DNA of 17,309 nt, taken from positions 1-17,309 of the forward strand of contig JBBSVW010000106.1 in assembly GCA_038046605.1 (NCBI GenBank), read 5' to 3'. The stretch is from Candidatus Micrarchaeota archaeon (GTDB taxonomy: Archaea > Micrarchaeota > Micrarchaeia > Norongarragalinales > SBBD01). Positions within the stretch are counted from its first letter, which is position 1, and each line of letters starts with the position of its first letter. A model generated the notes under the pieces. The model saw only the letters and a list, made by a program, of their open reading frames with translations, searched no databases and was not told where the DNA came from. This document shows, piece after piece, positions 1 to 8,705 of this stretch. The position numbers and the translations under genes are program-made.

Positions 1-1
1 A

Positions 2-220
2 TTGCTAAGTGAGGATATGCTGGTTGTTGATTTTGCGTACGTTTTAGGAGGGGAGACACGGCTTATTCGGGATGCGAAGAGGCGAGGGTGCAGGACGATT
101 GACGGGAAACGCCTCCTGATGGAGCAGGCAATGGATGCATACGGAATTTTCTTCGGAAAAAAAGCAGATAGGCGCGCATTTTCGCAGGCAATTAAGTTCG
201 CTTCAAAAAGGGTGAAATAA
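2..220 (+). CDS. aroE: Shikimate dehydrogenase, C-terminal fragment (gene begins before the window)
   Basis: VVDFAY...ETRLIRDAKRRGCRTIDGKRLLMEQA matches the AroE C-terminal D-x-x-Y...T...A...G...DG-x-x-x-L-x-x-Q pattern; lies directly upstream of aroC. Confidence 0.88.
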   Translation: MLSEDMLVVDFAYVLGGETRLIRDAKRRGCRTIDGKRLLMEQAMDAYGIFFGKKADRRAFSQAIKFASKRVK

Positions 221-221
221 G

Positions 222-1295
222 ATGGGGTTCGCATTCGGGAAAAATTTCAGAATAAGGGTTTTCGGCAAGAGCCATGGAAAGAAAATAGGGGTGGTTGTCA
301 GCGGCGTACCGCAGGGAATAGCTATAAACAGGCAGGGCATTCAGGCGGAGCTCGACAGGCGGAGGCCCGGCCAGAGCAGGTTCACGACCCAACGGAATGA
401 GCCGGATGAAGTGGTGATTGAAAGCGGAATCCGGAACGGAAGAACCACGGGCGCGCCCATCAAAATGGCAATTTTCAACAAGGACGTGCAGAGCAAGCCA
501 TACGAGGCGCTCGCATCCACGCCGCGGCCCGGCCATGCGGATTTTACAGCGAGGGAGAAGTACGGCGAAAAAGCGGATCTGCGCGGCGGAGGCTATTTTT
601 CCGGCAGGATGACCGCGTGCTTCGTGATGGCGGGCGCGATTGCAAAGGCGATTTTGCGGAAAAGGGGCATAAAGGCCCTTGCGTACATAAAAAAAATGGG
701 GAGCATATCAGCGCGCGAATTAAAGGACTCTGAAATTGGATCACTCACTTACAAGAGCGACGTGCGCTGCCCGGATAAGGCTGCGGAGAAGAAGATGAAA
801 AAATTGATCGGGAGGCTGAAACGCGAGGGCGATTCCGTCGGCGCAGTGATCGAGTGCCGCATTTTAAACGTGCCTGCAGGGATGGGCGAACCCATGTTCG
901 GCTCCATTGAGAGCAGCATTTCCCGGTTTGTGTTTGCGATCCCGGCAACCAAAGGGATAGAGTTCGGCTCTGGATTCGAAGCGGCACGCATGCGGGGAAG
1001 TGAACATAACGACAGGTTTGCCAAAATAAAGGTGAAAGTGGTAACCCTTTCAAACAATGCTGGAGGGATTCTGGGCGGGCTGGCAAATGGCATGCCGATC
1101 GTTTTCAGGGTTGCGTTCAAGCCCACTTCGAGCATTGCCAAGGAACAGGTCACGTTGAACGTGAAAACGGGGAGGATGGAAAAACTGCAGGTGGGGGGGA
1201 GGCACGATCCCTGCATCGCAATCAGGGCAGTGCCGGTCGTGGAAAGCGCAGCTGCGATTTGCATGGCGGATTATATTTTAGGTGATGAAAAATGA
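222..1295 (+). CDS. aroC: Chorismate synthase
   Basis: Motifs G(K)SHG, RRRPGQS, PRPGHAD, RGGG..SGR, GDSVG, KGIEFGSGF, NNAGGILGG, FKPTSSI, GRHDPCI. Confidence 0.97.
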   Translation: MGFAFGKNFRIRVFGKSHGKKIGVVVSGVPQGIAINRQGIQAELDRRRPGQSRFTTQRNEPDEVVIESGIRNGRTTGAPIKMAIFNKDVQSKPYEALASTPRPGHADFTAREKYGEKADLRGGGYFSGRMTACFVMAGAIAKAILRKRGIKALAYIKKMGSISARELKDSEIGSLTYKSDVRCPDKAAEKKMKKLIGRLKREGDSVGAVIECRILNVPAGMGEPMFGSIESSISRFVFAIPATKGIEFGSGFEAARMRGSEHNDRFAKIKVKVVTLSNNAGGILGGLANGMPIVFRVAFKPTSSIAKEQVTLNVKTGRMEKLQVGGRHDPCIAIRAVPVVESAAAICMADYILGDEK

Positions 1296-2407
1296 ACGGG
1301 ACCAAATTGGAGAAACTCCGACGGAAAATCGACAGGATTGATGCGAAGTTTATCAGCCTGGTGGCACAGAGGCTCGAAACGACCGAAAACATCGGCTACC
1401 TGAAACGCAGCAGGGGGGCGGTTGTGGAGGACCCCGCAAGGAAGGCGGAGGTGCTTGAGCGCGCAGCGCAGCTCGCTTCTGCAAAGGACGTCAGGCCGGA
1501 ATTCATATCGGCAATCATGTCCCAGATGATGTTGGAGGCGGAAGAGGTGCAGCGGGGAGGCAGACCCACAATCGCATTCCAGGGGGAGCGCGGCGCTTAT
1601 AGCGAAGCTGCCGGCAACAGCCTGTTCCCGCAGAAAATTTTCATTCCGTGCGAAACCTTCAGGCAGGTTTTCGAAGCGGTTGAAAGCGGGGAGGCGCAAT
1701 ATGCCATCGTGCCAATTGAGAACTCCACAGAAGGGAGCATAAACGAGGTGTACGATTTGCTGCTGGAGAAGCAATTGCACATCCATGCCGAGACCGTGGT
1801 GCAGGTGCGGCATTGCCTCATGGCAGACAGGGAGGCATCATTAGCCGAGATTATGGAGGTCTACACGCACCCCCAGGCGCTGGCGCAATGCCGGAAATTC
1901 ATCGAGCAGAAACTCCCGTATGCACGAATTATTCCGTTCTACGATACCGCGGGCGCGGCTAAAATGATCGCTGAAAACGGCAAGCGGAACATCGCCGCCA
2001 TCGCCAGCCAAGCCGCTGCGAAATACTACGGATTGAAGGAACTTGCCGCCGGCATAGAGGACAACAGGAGCAACTTCACCCGATTCCTGCTCCTTTCCAA
2101 AGCAACTGCCGAAAAGCCGGAAAACCCCAAAACCTCTCTGGTGTTCTCCCTCAAGCATAAGCCCGGCGCGCTATTTTCGGCCTTGAGGCCGTTTGCAGAC
2201 AAGGGCATCAACCTCACTAAAATAGAGTCACGGCCTACGAAGGGGACGCCTTGGGAATACCTGTTCTACATGGATTTCGAGGGGGATGCAAGGGAGGGAA
2301 AATTTGCGGAGGCGATTGAACAGCTGAAGGAATTTGCGGAATTCTTCAAATTGCTCGGCGTCTACGAAAAGGCAAAACGCAACGGATCGGCGGATGGGAA
2401 TGAATGA
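1292..2407 (+). CDS. pheA: Bifunctional chorismate mutase / prephenate dehydratase (P-protein, AroQ + PDT + ACT)
   Basis: N-terminal LRRKIDRID AroQ helix; FQGERGAYSE, PIENSTEGSI, HPQALAQC, NFTRF, INLTKIESRP, WEYLFYMDFEG; ATGA overlap with aroC. Confidence 0.97.
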   Translation: MNGTKLEKLRRKIDRIDAKFISLVAQRLETTENIGYLKRSRGAVVEDPARKAEVLERAAQLASAKDVRPEFISAIMSQMMLEAEEVQRGGRPTIAFQGERGAYSEAAGNSLFPQKIFIPCETFRQVFEAVESGEAQYAIVPIENSTEGSINEVYDLLLEKQLHIHAETVVQVRHCLMADREASLAEIMEVYTHPQALAQCRKFIEQKLPYARIIPFYDTAGAAKMIAENGKRNIAAIASQAAAKYYGLKELAAGIEDNRSNFTRFLLLSKATAEKPENPKTSLVFSLKHKPGALFSALRPFADKGINLTKIESRPTKGTPWEYLFYMDFEGDAREGKFAEAIEQLKEFAEFFKLLGVYEKAKRNGSADGNE

Positions 2408-2420
2408 AACCCGGCAAAGA

Positions 2421-3194
2421 ATGAAGCCCGGGCAAAGAGGCACTGTGAATATGCTCGGCCATAACGATAAAGGAAAAATCGCCGTGATCGGAATCGGCAA
2501 GCTAGGCGCCGCCATCGCTAAATTCTTGGTGAAGCGCGGATTCCGGGTTCTCGTTTTCGATAAGTACAAACGGGTTAAAATCAGGGGAGCGGAGAATGCA
2601 AAATCCCTGAAATCTGCTGTTGGGAGCGCGGATATGGTCATCCTGTCTGTTTCCCTTGCAAACACGCAAGAGGTTTTGGCCGAACTTTCTAAAATTCTCA
2701 AACCTGCCCAAATTTTGGTGGAATTGGCGGGAGTCAAAACGCCCTTTGCTGCAACACTCCGAAAAATGCCCTGCAAGGCCGTTTCGCTGCATCCCTTATT
2801 CGGCGACTTTGAATCCCTGGAGGGAAAAAACGTCATCATCGTGAAAAACAAGGATGCAGCCTTGGAAAAAAGCGCCTCAAGGCATCTAAAAAAATTTGGC
2901 GCAAACGTGATTTTTATGCGGACCGAGGAACATGACCGAATCATGGCCCAACGACAGCTGCCCGCATACGTTCTCTCGAAGCTCTTTTACGAGATTGCCG
3001 GAAACATCCCCCTCGATGCACTTACTCCCATGATGAAAAAGCATCAGGAGCTTGCGAAGGAAGTGCTGTCGGAATGGCCCCTCTATGATTCGATGCTCAA
3101 ACTGAACCCGCATTCAAGGAAGATGATTGAGAGGACGGAAAAGCAACTCAAAAAGATGAAACGGAAATATTCGAAACGGCAAAATCAAAAATAG
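2421..3194 (+). CDS. tyrA: Prephenate/arogenate dehydrogenase (TyrA family); start uncertain (2400, 2421, 2445 or 2451)
   Basis: Rossmann VIGIGKLG, SLHPLFG and EEHDRIMA motifs; located between pheA and aroA. Confidence 0.88.
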   Translation: MKPGQRGTVNMLGHNDKGKIAVIGIGKLGAAIAKFLVKRGFRVLVFDKYKRVKIRGAENAKSLKSAVGSADMVILSVSLANTQEVLAELSKILKPAQILVELAGVKTPFAATLRKMPCKAVSLHPLFGDFESLEGKNVIIVKNKDAALEKSASRHLKKFGANVIFMRTEEHDRIMAQRQLPAYVLSKLFYEIAGNIPLDALTPMMKKHQELAKEVLSEWPLYDSMLKLNPHSRKMIERTEKQLKKMKRKYSKRQNQK

Positions 3195-4450
3195 TGAATA
3201 AAATGATCAGGAACATAAGTAAATTGGGGAAGCCGGTAAATGCGTCCATCATTGCCCAGCCGTCAAAGGCGCATACGCTGAGGGCGATAATCGTCGCTTC
3301 GCTAGCCGGAGGCAAATCGGTAATTGAAAAACCCCTCTTGGCTGACGACCAACTTGCGGCAATTAAGGCAATGCGTAGGCTGGGCGCGAAAATAATAATT
3401 CAGGAAAAGGAGCTCGTAATAATCGGAATTCCCAAATTCAAGAAAATTGCCCTCAACGCCGGAAGTTCCGGCTTCCTCGCCCGTGCCCTGCTTGCAATCG
3501 CAACTGCTTCCGGAGAGGGAATCACCGTCGATGCCAGCCCCCAAATGAGGAAAAGGCCCATTTCTGAATTATGCCTCGCCCTTTCCCAATTGGGAGCCAA
3601 AATCATTTTCCTCCGAAAGCCCAATCACTTTCCGGCCGCAATAAAGGGGCCGTTGAAAGGCGGAAAGATCGTTCTCGATGCGGGAAAAAGCTCCCAATTC
3701 CTTTCTGCAATATTACTTGCTGCGCCCCTGGCCTCGGCTTCCATTGAAATAACGGCAAAAAATCTGGTGTCCGGGCCTTATGTGAACATCACGCTTGAAA
3801 TAATGGAAAAATTCGGAGTGAAAGTGCAAAAAAGGGGTAACGAATTCAAAATCGCGCCCCAAAAATACATGCCAACAAACATGAGCATAGAGGGAGATTA
3901 CAGTTCCGCGGCGTTCTTCATGGAGCTCGCGGCGATAACCGGAGGTAAAGTGAAAATTGCCGGATTAAGTCGGGAAACAAAGCAAGGGGACAAAGCCATC
4001 CTGCCCATTCTTGAAAAGATGGGATGTAATATCCATCGAAGCCGGAATACAGTCGAAGTGACCGGCCCTAAAATCCTGAAACCCGTAATTTTCAATATGA
4101 AAAATTTTCCGGATTTGGCCGTTCCCATAGCGGTTACGGCGGCGTTTGCAAATGGCACCAGCATCCTGCAAAACATTGGCCAGCTGAAATTTAAGGAAAG
4201 CGACAGGTTGGAAGCCATAAAAATCAATTTAGGAAAAATGGGCGTGAAAGTTGAGGAAAGGAACGGCAATCTGGCCATTCACGGGAATTCCAACGCCCAT
4301 GGCGCAACCATCAACCCCTTCAACGACCACCGCATCGCCATGGCGTTTGCGATTGCAGGGCTGAGAACCGGCAACATGAAAATCAGAAATGCGGAGTGCG
4401 TCAGAAAAAGCTTTCCTACATTCTGGAAAGAAATCGAAAAATTATTTTAA
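3194..4450 (+). CDS. aroA: 3-phosphoshikimate 1-carboxyvinyltransferase (EPSP synthase)
   Basis: PSKAH..RA, MRKRP, SSQFLSAILL, EGDYSSA, QGD, FPDL, KESDRL, DHRIAM, VRKSFPTFW motifs. Confidence 0.96.
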   Translation: MNKMIRNISKLGKPVNASIIAQPSKAHTLRAIIVASLAGGKSVIEKPLLADDQLAAIKAMRRLGAKIIIQEKELVIIGIPKFKKIALNAGSSGFLARALLAIATASGEGITVDASPQMRKRPISELCLALSQLGAKIIFLRKPNHFPAAIKGPLKGGKIVLDAGKSSQFLSAILLAAPLASASIEITAKNLVSGPYVNITLEIMEKFGVKVQKRGNEFKIAPQKYMPTNMSIEGDYSSAAFFMELAAITGGKVKIAGLSRETKQGDKAILPILEKMGCNIHRSRNTVEVTGPKILKPVIFNMKNFPDLAVPIAVTAAFANGTSILQNIGQLKFKESDRLEAIKINLGKMGVKVEERNGNLAIHGNSNAHGATINPFNDHRIAMAFAIAGLRTGNMKIRNAECVRKSFPTFWKEIEKLF

Positions 4451-5242
4451 TAAGGTCATTTCCTTCGCGTGCCGCTCCAATGCCTCCAGCGCCGCCGCCC
4501 TTTTTTCCGGCGTGATTCCGCCCTTGAAGAATTCGCCGTAAATTCTAATCAGCTGGGATCCCTCAATTACACCGTCCGCGCCAGCTTCGAATGCAGCTTT
4601 CGCATGCTCGGGCTTCGAAATGCCGAAGCCGATTGCAACCGGGATGGAAGAATGAGCCTTAACCCGTCTGATCAATTCCAAAGAATATTGTTGCATCTCC
4701 TCCCTTGCGCCCGTGATTCCGATTACCGCCACCAAATAAACGAAACCGGTTGCTTCAGAGAGGATGTTTTTCATTCTTTCCTCGGAGGTTGTGGGGGAAA
4801 TCATGTAAATGAGGTCCAGATTATGCGCTTTGCAGGCTTCCCTTAATTCTGCGGATTCCTCAAACGGCAAATCCGCCGCAAGCACGCCGTCGCCGCCCGC
4901 ATCCTTCAAATCCCTGCAGAAATCCTCCAATCCGTACTTGAAAATAATGTTGTAGTAAGTCATTGCGATTATCGGCTGGGATATTCGCATTTCCCTTGCC
5001 TTTGCAATTATGGAAATGCATTTTTTTGGAGTAATGCCATTCTTGAGAGCCCTATCGGAGGCCGCCTGTATTACCTGCCCATCCGCCAAAGTGTCTGAAA
5101 AGGGAATTCCCAACTCAAAGAGGGAGGCATGTTTGCTCAATACTTTCATCTGCTGCAAAGTAAAATCTTCGTCGGGGTCGCCGGCGCAAACATAGGGCAA
5201 GTAGGAATTTCCTTTTTTTAGCGCATCTGAAATTCTGCTCAT
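4442..5242 (-). CDS. trpA: Tryptophan synthase alpha subunit
   Basis: [39 protein letters not shown]. Start moved to ATG 5242 (ATGA overlap with trpB stop, GGAGG upstream). Confidence 0.96.
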   Translation of the reverse strand: MSRISDALKKGNSYLPYVCAGDPDEDFTLQQMKVLSKHASLFELGIPFSDTLADGQVIQAASDRALKNGITPKKCISIIAKAREMRISQPIIAMTYYNIIFKYGLEDFCRDLKDAGGDGVLAADLPFEESAELREACKAHNLDLIYMISPTTSEERMKNILSEATGFVYLVAVIGITGAREEMQQYSLELIRRVKAHSSIPVAIGFGISKPEHAKAAFEAGADGVIEGSQLIRIYGEFFKGGITPEKRAAALEALERHAKEMTLLK

Positions 5243-6402
5243 AAGAAACCCTCCATTCTTGCAACCTGCTGCACGTCCTTGTCCCCTCTGCCGGATAGGC
5301 AAATTACAGCCACATCCGAAGGCTTCAGCCGCATCTTCAGCAAATGGGCAATAGCATGCGCGGGCTCCAAGGCGGGCACTATTCCCTCCAACTGGGAAAG
5401 CAAATGGAACGCCTCCAGCGCTTCCTCGTCGGTTGCGGAAACGTACTCTGCGCGTCCGGTGTCCTTCAGGTACGAATGGTAGGGCCCCACGCCGGGATAA
5501 TCCAAGCCCGCCGAAATCGAATGCGTTAATTGCACCTGCCCGTTTTCGTCCTGCAATAAATAGCTCTTCATCCCGTGCAAAATCCCCTGCGAGCCCTTTT
5601 CCAGAGTAGCGCAGTGCTCTTTTGTATCCAGCCCTTTTCCCGCTGCTTCCACGCCTATTAATTTTACTTCAAGATTTTGAACAAAGGGATAAAAGATTCC
5701 AAGCGCGTTGCTTCCCCCGCCCACACACGCAACGACGTAGTTTGGAAGAGTTTTTTCCACCTTCATTATCTGTTCTTTCGTTTCCTCCCCAATCACCTTC
5801 TGGAATTCCCGTACAATTGTGGGAAAGGGATGCGGACCTACAACGGAGCCGATTACGTAATGGGTGCCGATGCAATTTGCCGTGTAATCCCTCAAGGCGG
5901 CATTGATCGCATTCTTGAGTGTTTTGGATCCAGCCTCGACAATATTCACTTTGGCCCCGAGCAGCTTCATCCGGTATACGTTCAGCTTCTGCCTCTCCAC
6001 ATCCTCCGCACCCATGTAAATTTCGCATTCCAAATTCAGCAATGCGGCCGCAGTTGCAGTGGCGACGCCGTGCTGCCCTGCGCCGGTTTCCGCAATTACC
6101 CTTCCCTTGCCCATCCTTTTTGCAAGCAGGCATTGCCCCAACGCATTGTTGATCTTATGCGCACCGGTGTGCAAAAGGTCCTCGCGCTTGAGATAGATTT
6201 TTGCGCCCATTTTTTTCGAAAGGTTTTTGGCAAAATAGAGCGGGGTGGGGCGGCCGGCGTAATTTTCCAAATAATAATGCAATTCTGCAAGGAAGGCCCC
6301 GTCCGCAAGCGCTTTCCCGAATTCCGTTTCAAGCTCCATCAAGGTTTCCATCAGGGTCTCGGGCACGAACTGCCCCCCGAATTCCCCAATATATTTTTTC
6401 AT
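5239..6402 (-). CDS. trpB: Tryptophan synthase beta subunit (TrpB1 type)
   Basis: [24 protein letters not shown] (PLP lysine), [38 protein letters not shown]. Confidence 0.98.
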   Translation of the reverse strand: MKKYIGEFGGQFVPETLMETLMELETEFGKALADGAFLAELHYYLENYAGRPTPLYFAKNLSKKMGAKIYLKREDLLHTGAHKINNALGQCLLAKRMGKGRVIAETGAGQHGVATATAAALLNLECEIYMGAEDVERQKLNVYRMKLLGAKVNIVEAGSKTLKNAINAALRDYTANCIGTHYVIGSVVGPHPFPTIVREFQKVIGEETKEQIMKVEKTLPNYVVACVGGGSNALGIFYPFVQNLEVKLIGVEAAGKGLDTKEHCATLEKGSQGILHGMKSYLLQDENGQVQLTHSISAGLDYPGVGPYHSYLKDTGRAEYVSATDEEALEAFHLLSQLEGIVPALEPAHAIAHLLKMRLKPSDVAVICLSGRGDKDVQQVARMEGFL

Positions 6403-7145
6403 AATTCACACCCCTTCAATTCCCTTATTTTCCCGGCCATATTTTGGGATTGCATGATCGAAGTCCCGACTAGAAACGATCTTGCTCCGAACGGCAGGAG
6501 CTCCCGTATCTCCTTGCAAGAAAGGATGCCGCTTTCCGAGACGAGAATTTTCCCCTCCGGCACATATTTCGCCAGCCTTTTCGTCCTGGAAATATCAACC
6601 GAGAGATCGTCGAAACTGCGATTGTTGATTCCGATGACGTCCGATATTTTTCCAGCTGCCTCGATCTCAGCCTTTGAAAAACATTCCACGAGAGGCTGCA
6701 TCCCCAAGTCCGCCGCCATGCCGGCAAAATGGCCCAAATCCTCCCCGATTATTTTCGGAATCAGCAGGACCGCATCCGCGCCGAACGCATCCGCCTCGCG
6801 AATCTGCTTTTCAGTTACGATGAAATCCTTGCATAAAACAGGCAGGCGGCTGTTCATTTTAGCCAGCGTGATGTTCTCCAAATTTCCCCCAAAGGCAGTG
6901 GGTTCGGTGAGGATTGATATCGCATCCGCACCCGCTTTTTCAAATATTTTTGCACTTGCGGCAGCATCAAATTTCCCCAATTTTCCCCCTGATGGGGAAG
7001 CGGGCTTGAGCTCTGCAATCAACGAATATGGTTTTGCAAGCAACGCCCTTTGGAAATCCTGCTTTCTTATCCCAATTCGTGCCTTCGGCGCCAGCATTTC
7101 CCTTCTTTTGTGATATTTGATTATTTTTTCAATTTTCCTATGCAT
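6399..7145 (-). CDS. trpC: Indole-3-glycerol phosphate synthase (no fused TrpF domain)
   Basis: [55 protein letters not shown]. Start at ATG 7145 preferred (GAGG upstream). Confidence 0.95.
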   Translation of the reverse strand: MHRKIEKIIKYHKRREMLAPKARIGIRKQDFQRALLAKPYSLIAELKPASPSGGKLGKFDAAASAKIFEKAGADAISILTEPTAFGGNLENITLAKMNSRLPVLCKDFIVTEKQIREADAFGADAVLLIPKIIGEDLGHFAGMAADLGMQPLVECFSKAEIEAAGKISDVIGINNRSFDDLSVDISRTKRLAKYVPEGKILVSESGILSCKEIRELLPFGARSFLVGTSIMQSQNMAGKIRELKGCEL

Positions 7146-8139
7146 TTGATTCAACCCTCAATTTGTCCAGTGCCTCCCTCGCGGCGCCGGAATGGATGCT
7201 ATCCAGCGCAATTCCGATTCCTTTTGAAATGCCGGCAGCCTTACCAGCTATGTAGATTGCAGCGCCGGCGTTTATGATCACCGAATCCAAATAAGGCGAA
7301 TGGATTCCATCCAAAACATCCCTGATTATGCGCGCATTTTCCTTTGCATCCCCGCCTTTTATGGCGCCCAGCGTGAACGATGAAAAACCGAATTCTTGAG
7401 GATTTATCACGTAATCGCGAATTGCGCCATTTGAAATTTCTGCGGCAAGGGTTTCCGAGGACGCTGAAATCTCATCCGTCTCCGAGGCGACAACCAGGGC
7501 CCTTTCGGAGCCCAGCAGACGCAGCACTTCCGCGATTTTCGGCAGGAGCGCCTTATCATACACCCCGAGCACTTGGAATTTCACTTTCGCGGGATTGCAG
7601 AGAGGGCCAAGAAGGTTGAATACCGTCCTGAAGCCCAACTGTTTCCGTATTGGCGCAACGAACATCATGGATGGATGGAAGTTGGGCGCAAAAAGGAAGG
7701 CGATATTGCATTTTCTGAGGCACGTTTCCGCGCGTCCCGCATCCATGTCCACGTTGATCCCCAATTCCTTCAACACGTCCGCAGAGCCGCATCTGCTGGA
7801 TATGCTTTTGTTTCCGTGCTTCGCAACCGGTATGCCTGCGCCCGCAACAACAAAGGAAGCGGCGGTGCTGATGTTGAAGGTGCCCTTTCCGTCCCCGCCC
7901 GTTCCGCATAAATCCATTGCATTTGGTGGCGCCTTAACCGAAACGGACTTCTCCCTCATGACCTTAGCCAAGCCGTAAATTTCCGCCGGGGTTTCCCCTT
8001 TCATTTTCAAGGCCGTCAGGAAAGCGGCTATATGGGAGTCCGGCGCGTTTCCTCCAGTAATCTCCTCCATCGCCCCCTCCGCTTCGTCTGTTTCCAAATC
8101 CCTTTTCTCAACCAATTTTTGGATCGTTTCCGCCAGCAT
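7138..8139 (-). CDS. trpD: Anthranilate phosphoribosyltransferase
   Basis: KGET, DLCGTGGDG..TFNIST, VAKHGN, GSADVL, FAPNFHP, RTVFNLLGPL. Start moved to ATG 8139 (GAGGTG upstream). Confidence 0.97.
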   Translation of the reverse strand: MLAETIQKLVEKRDLETDEAEGAMEEITGGNAPDSHIAAFLTALKMKGETPAEIYGLAKVMREKSVSVKAPPNAMDLCGTGGDGKGTFNISTAASFVVAGAGIPVAKHGNKSISSRCGSADVLKELGINVDMDAGRAETCLRKCNIAFLFAPNFHPSMMFVAPIRKQLGFRTVFNLLGPLCNPAKVKFQVLGVYDKALLPKIAEVLRLLGSERALVVASETDEISASSETLAAEISNGAIRDYVINPQEFGFSSFTLGAIKGGDAKENARIIRDVLDGIHSPYLDSVIINAGAAIYIAGKAAGISKGIGIALDSIHSGAAREALDKLRVESNA

Positions 8140-8144
8140 ATTGC

Positions 8145-8705
8145 TCACACCTCGTAAAAATTCCTCATTATCTTTTTCCCGTCCTGCGTGAGGATGGACT
8201 CCGGATGAAATTGGACGCCGTAGATGGGAAGTGTCCGGTGCTGCACTCCCATGATCTCGTTCTGCTCGGTTTCTGCCGTGATCTCCAGGCAATCGGGCAA
8301 GTCCTGCCTGTCGATAATCAGGGAATGGTAACGCACCGCCGAAAACGGGTTTTCCACTCCCTTGAAAATTCCCTTTTTCCTATGGAAGATTTTGCTCGTT
8401 TTTCCGTGCAGGAGCTGCTTTGCCCGAATTACCCTGCCGCCGTATGCCTCAGCCATGGCCTGGTGCCCTAAACACACCCCCAAAACCGGCTGCTCGGGCT
8501 GCAGTTTCAAAATCTCAAGCGTCGCCTTTGAATCCCTCGGATGGCCGGGCCCGGGGCTGAGGACGATTTTATCGTAATTTTTGAGGTGCAGGCCTGCGAC
8601 CGGCTCGTCGTTCCTTCGCACGGTTACTTCCGCGCCGGCCGCTTCGAAATATTGCGCCAAATTGTATGTGAAGGAATCATAATTGTCAATCAGCAATATC
8701 TTCAT
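8145..8705 (-). CDS. trpG: Anthranilate synthase component II (glutamine amidotransferase)
   Basis: IDNYDSFTYNL, LSPGPGHP, GVCLGHQ, RYHSL, GVQFHPES (Cys-His-Glu triad). Confidence 0.97.
   Translation of the reverse strand: MKILLIDNYDSFTYNLAQYFEAAGAEVTVRRNDEPVAGLHLKNYDKIVLSPGPGHPRDSKATLEILKLQPEQPVLGVCLGHQAMAEAYGGRVIRAKQLLHGKTSKIFHRKKGIFKGVENPFSAVRYHSLIIDRQDLPDCLEITAETEQNEIMGVQHRTLPIYGVQFHPESILTQDGKKIMRNFYEV

Noticed and set aside
5677-7113. 478-aa + strand ORF antisense to trpB/trpC
   Set aside because: Shadow ORF with no recognisable motifs, lying fully opposite well-conserved genes.
8140-8292. N-terminal extension of trpD (and similarly trpA 5243-5302 and tyrA 2334-2399)
   Set aside because: These overlap upstream genes; better SD-supported starts lie downstream.
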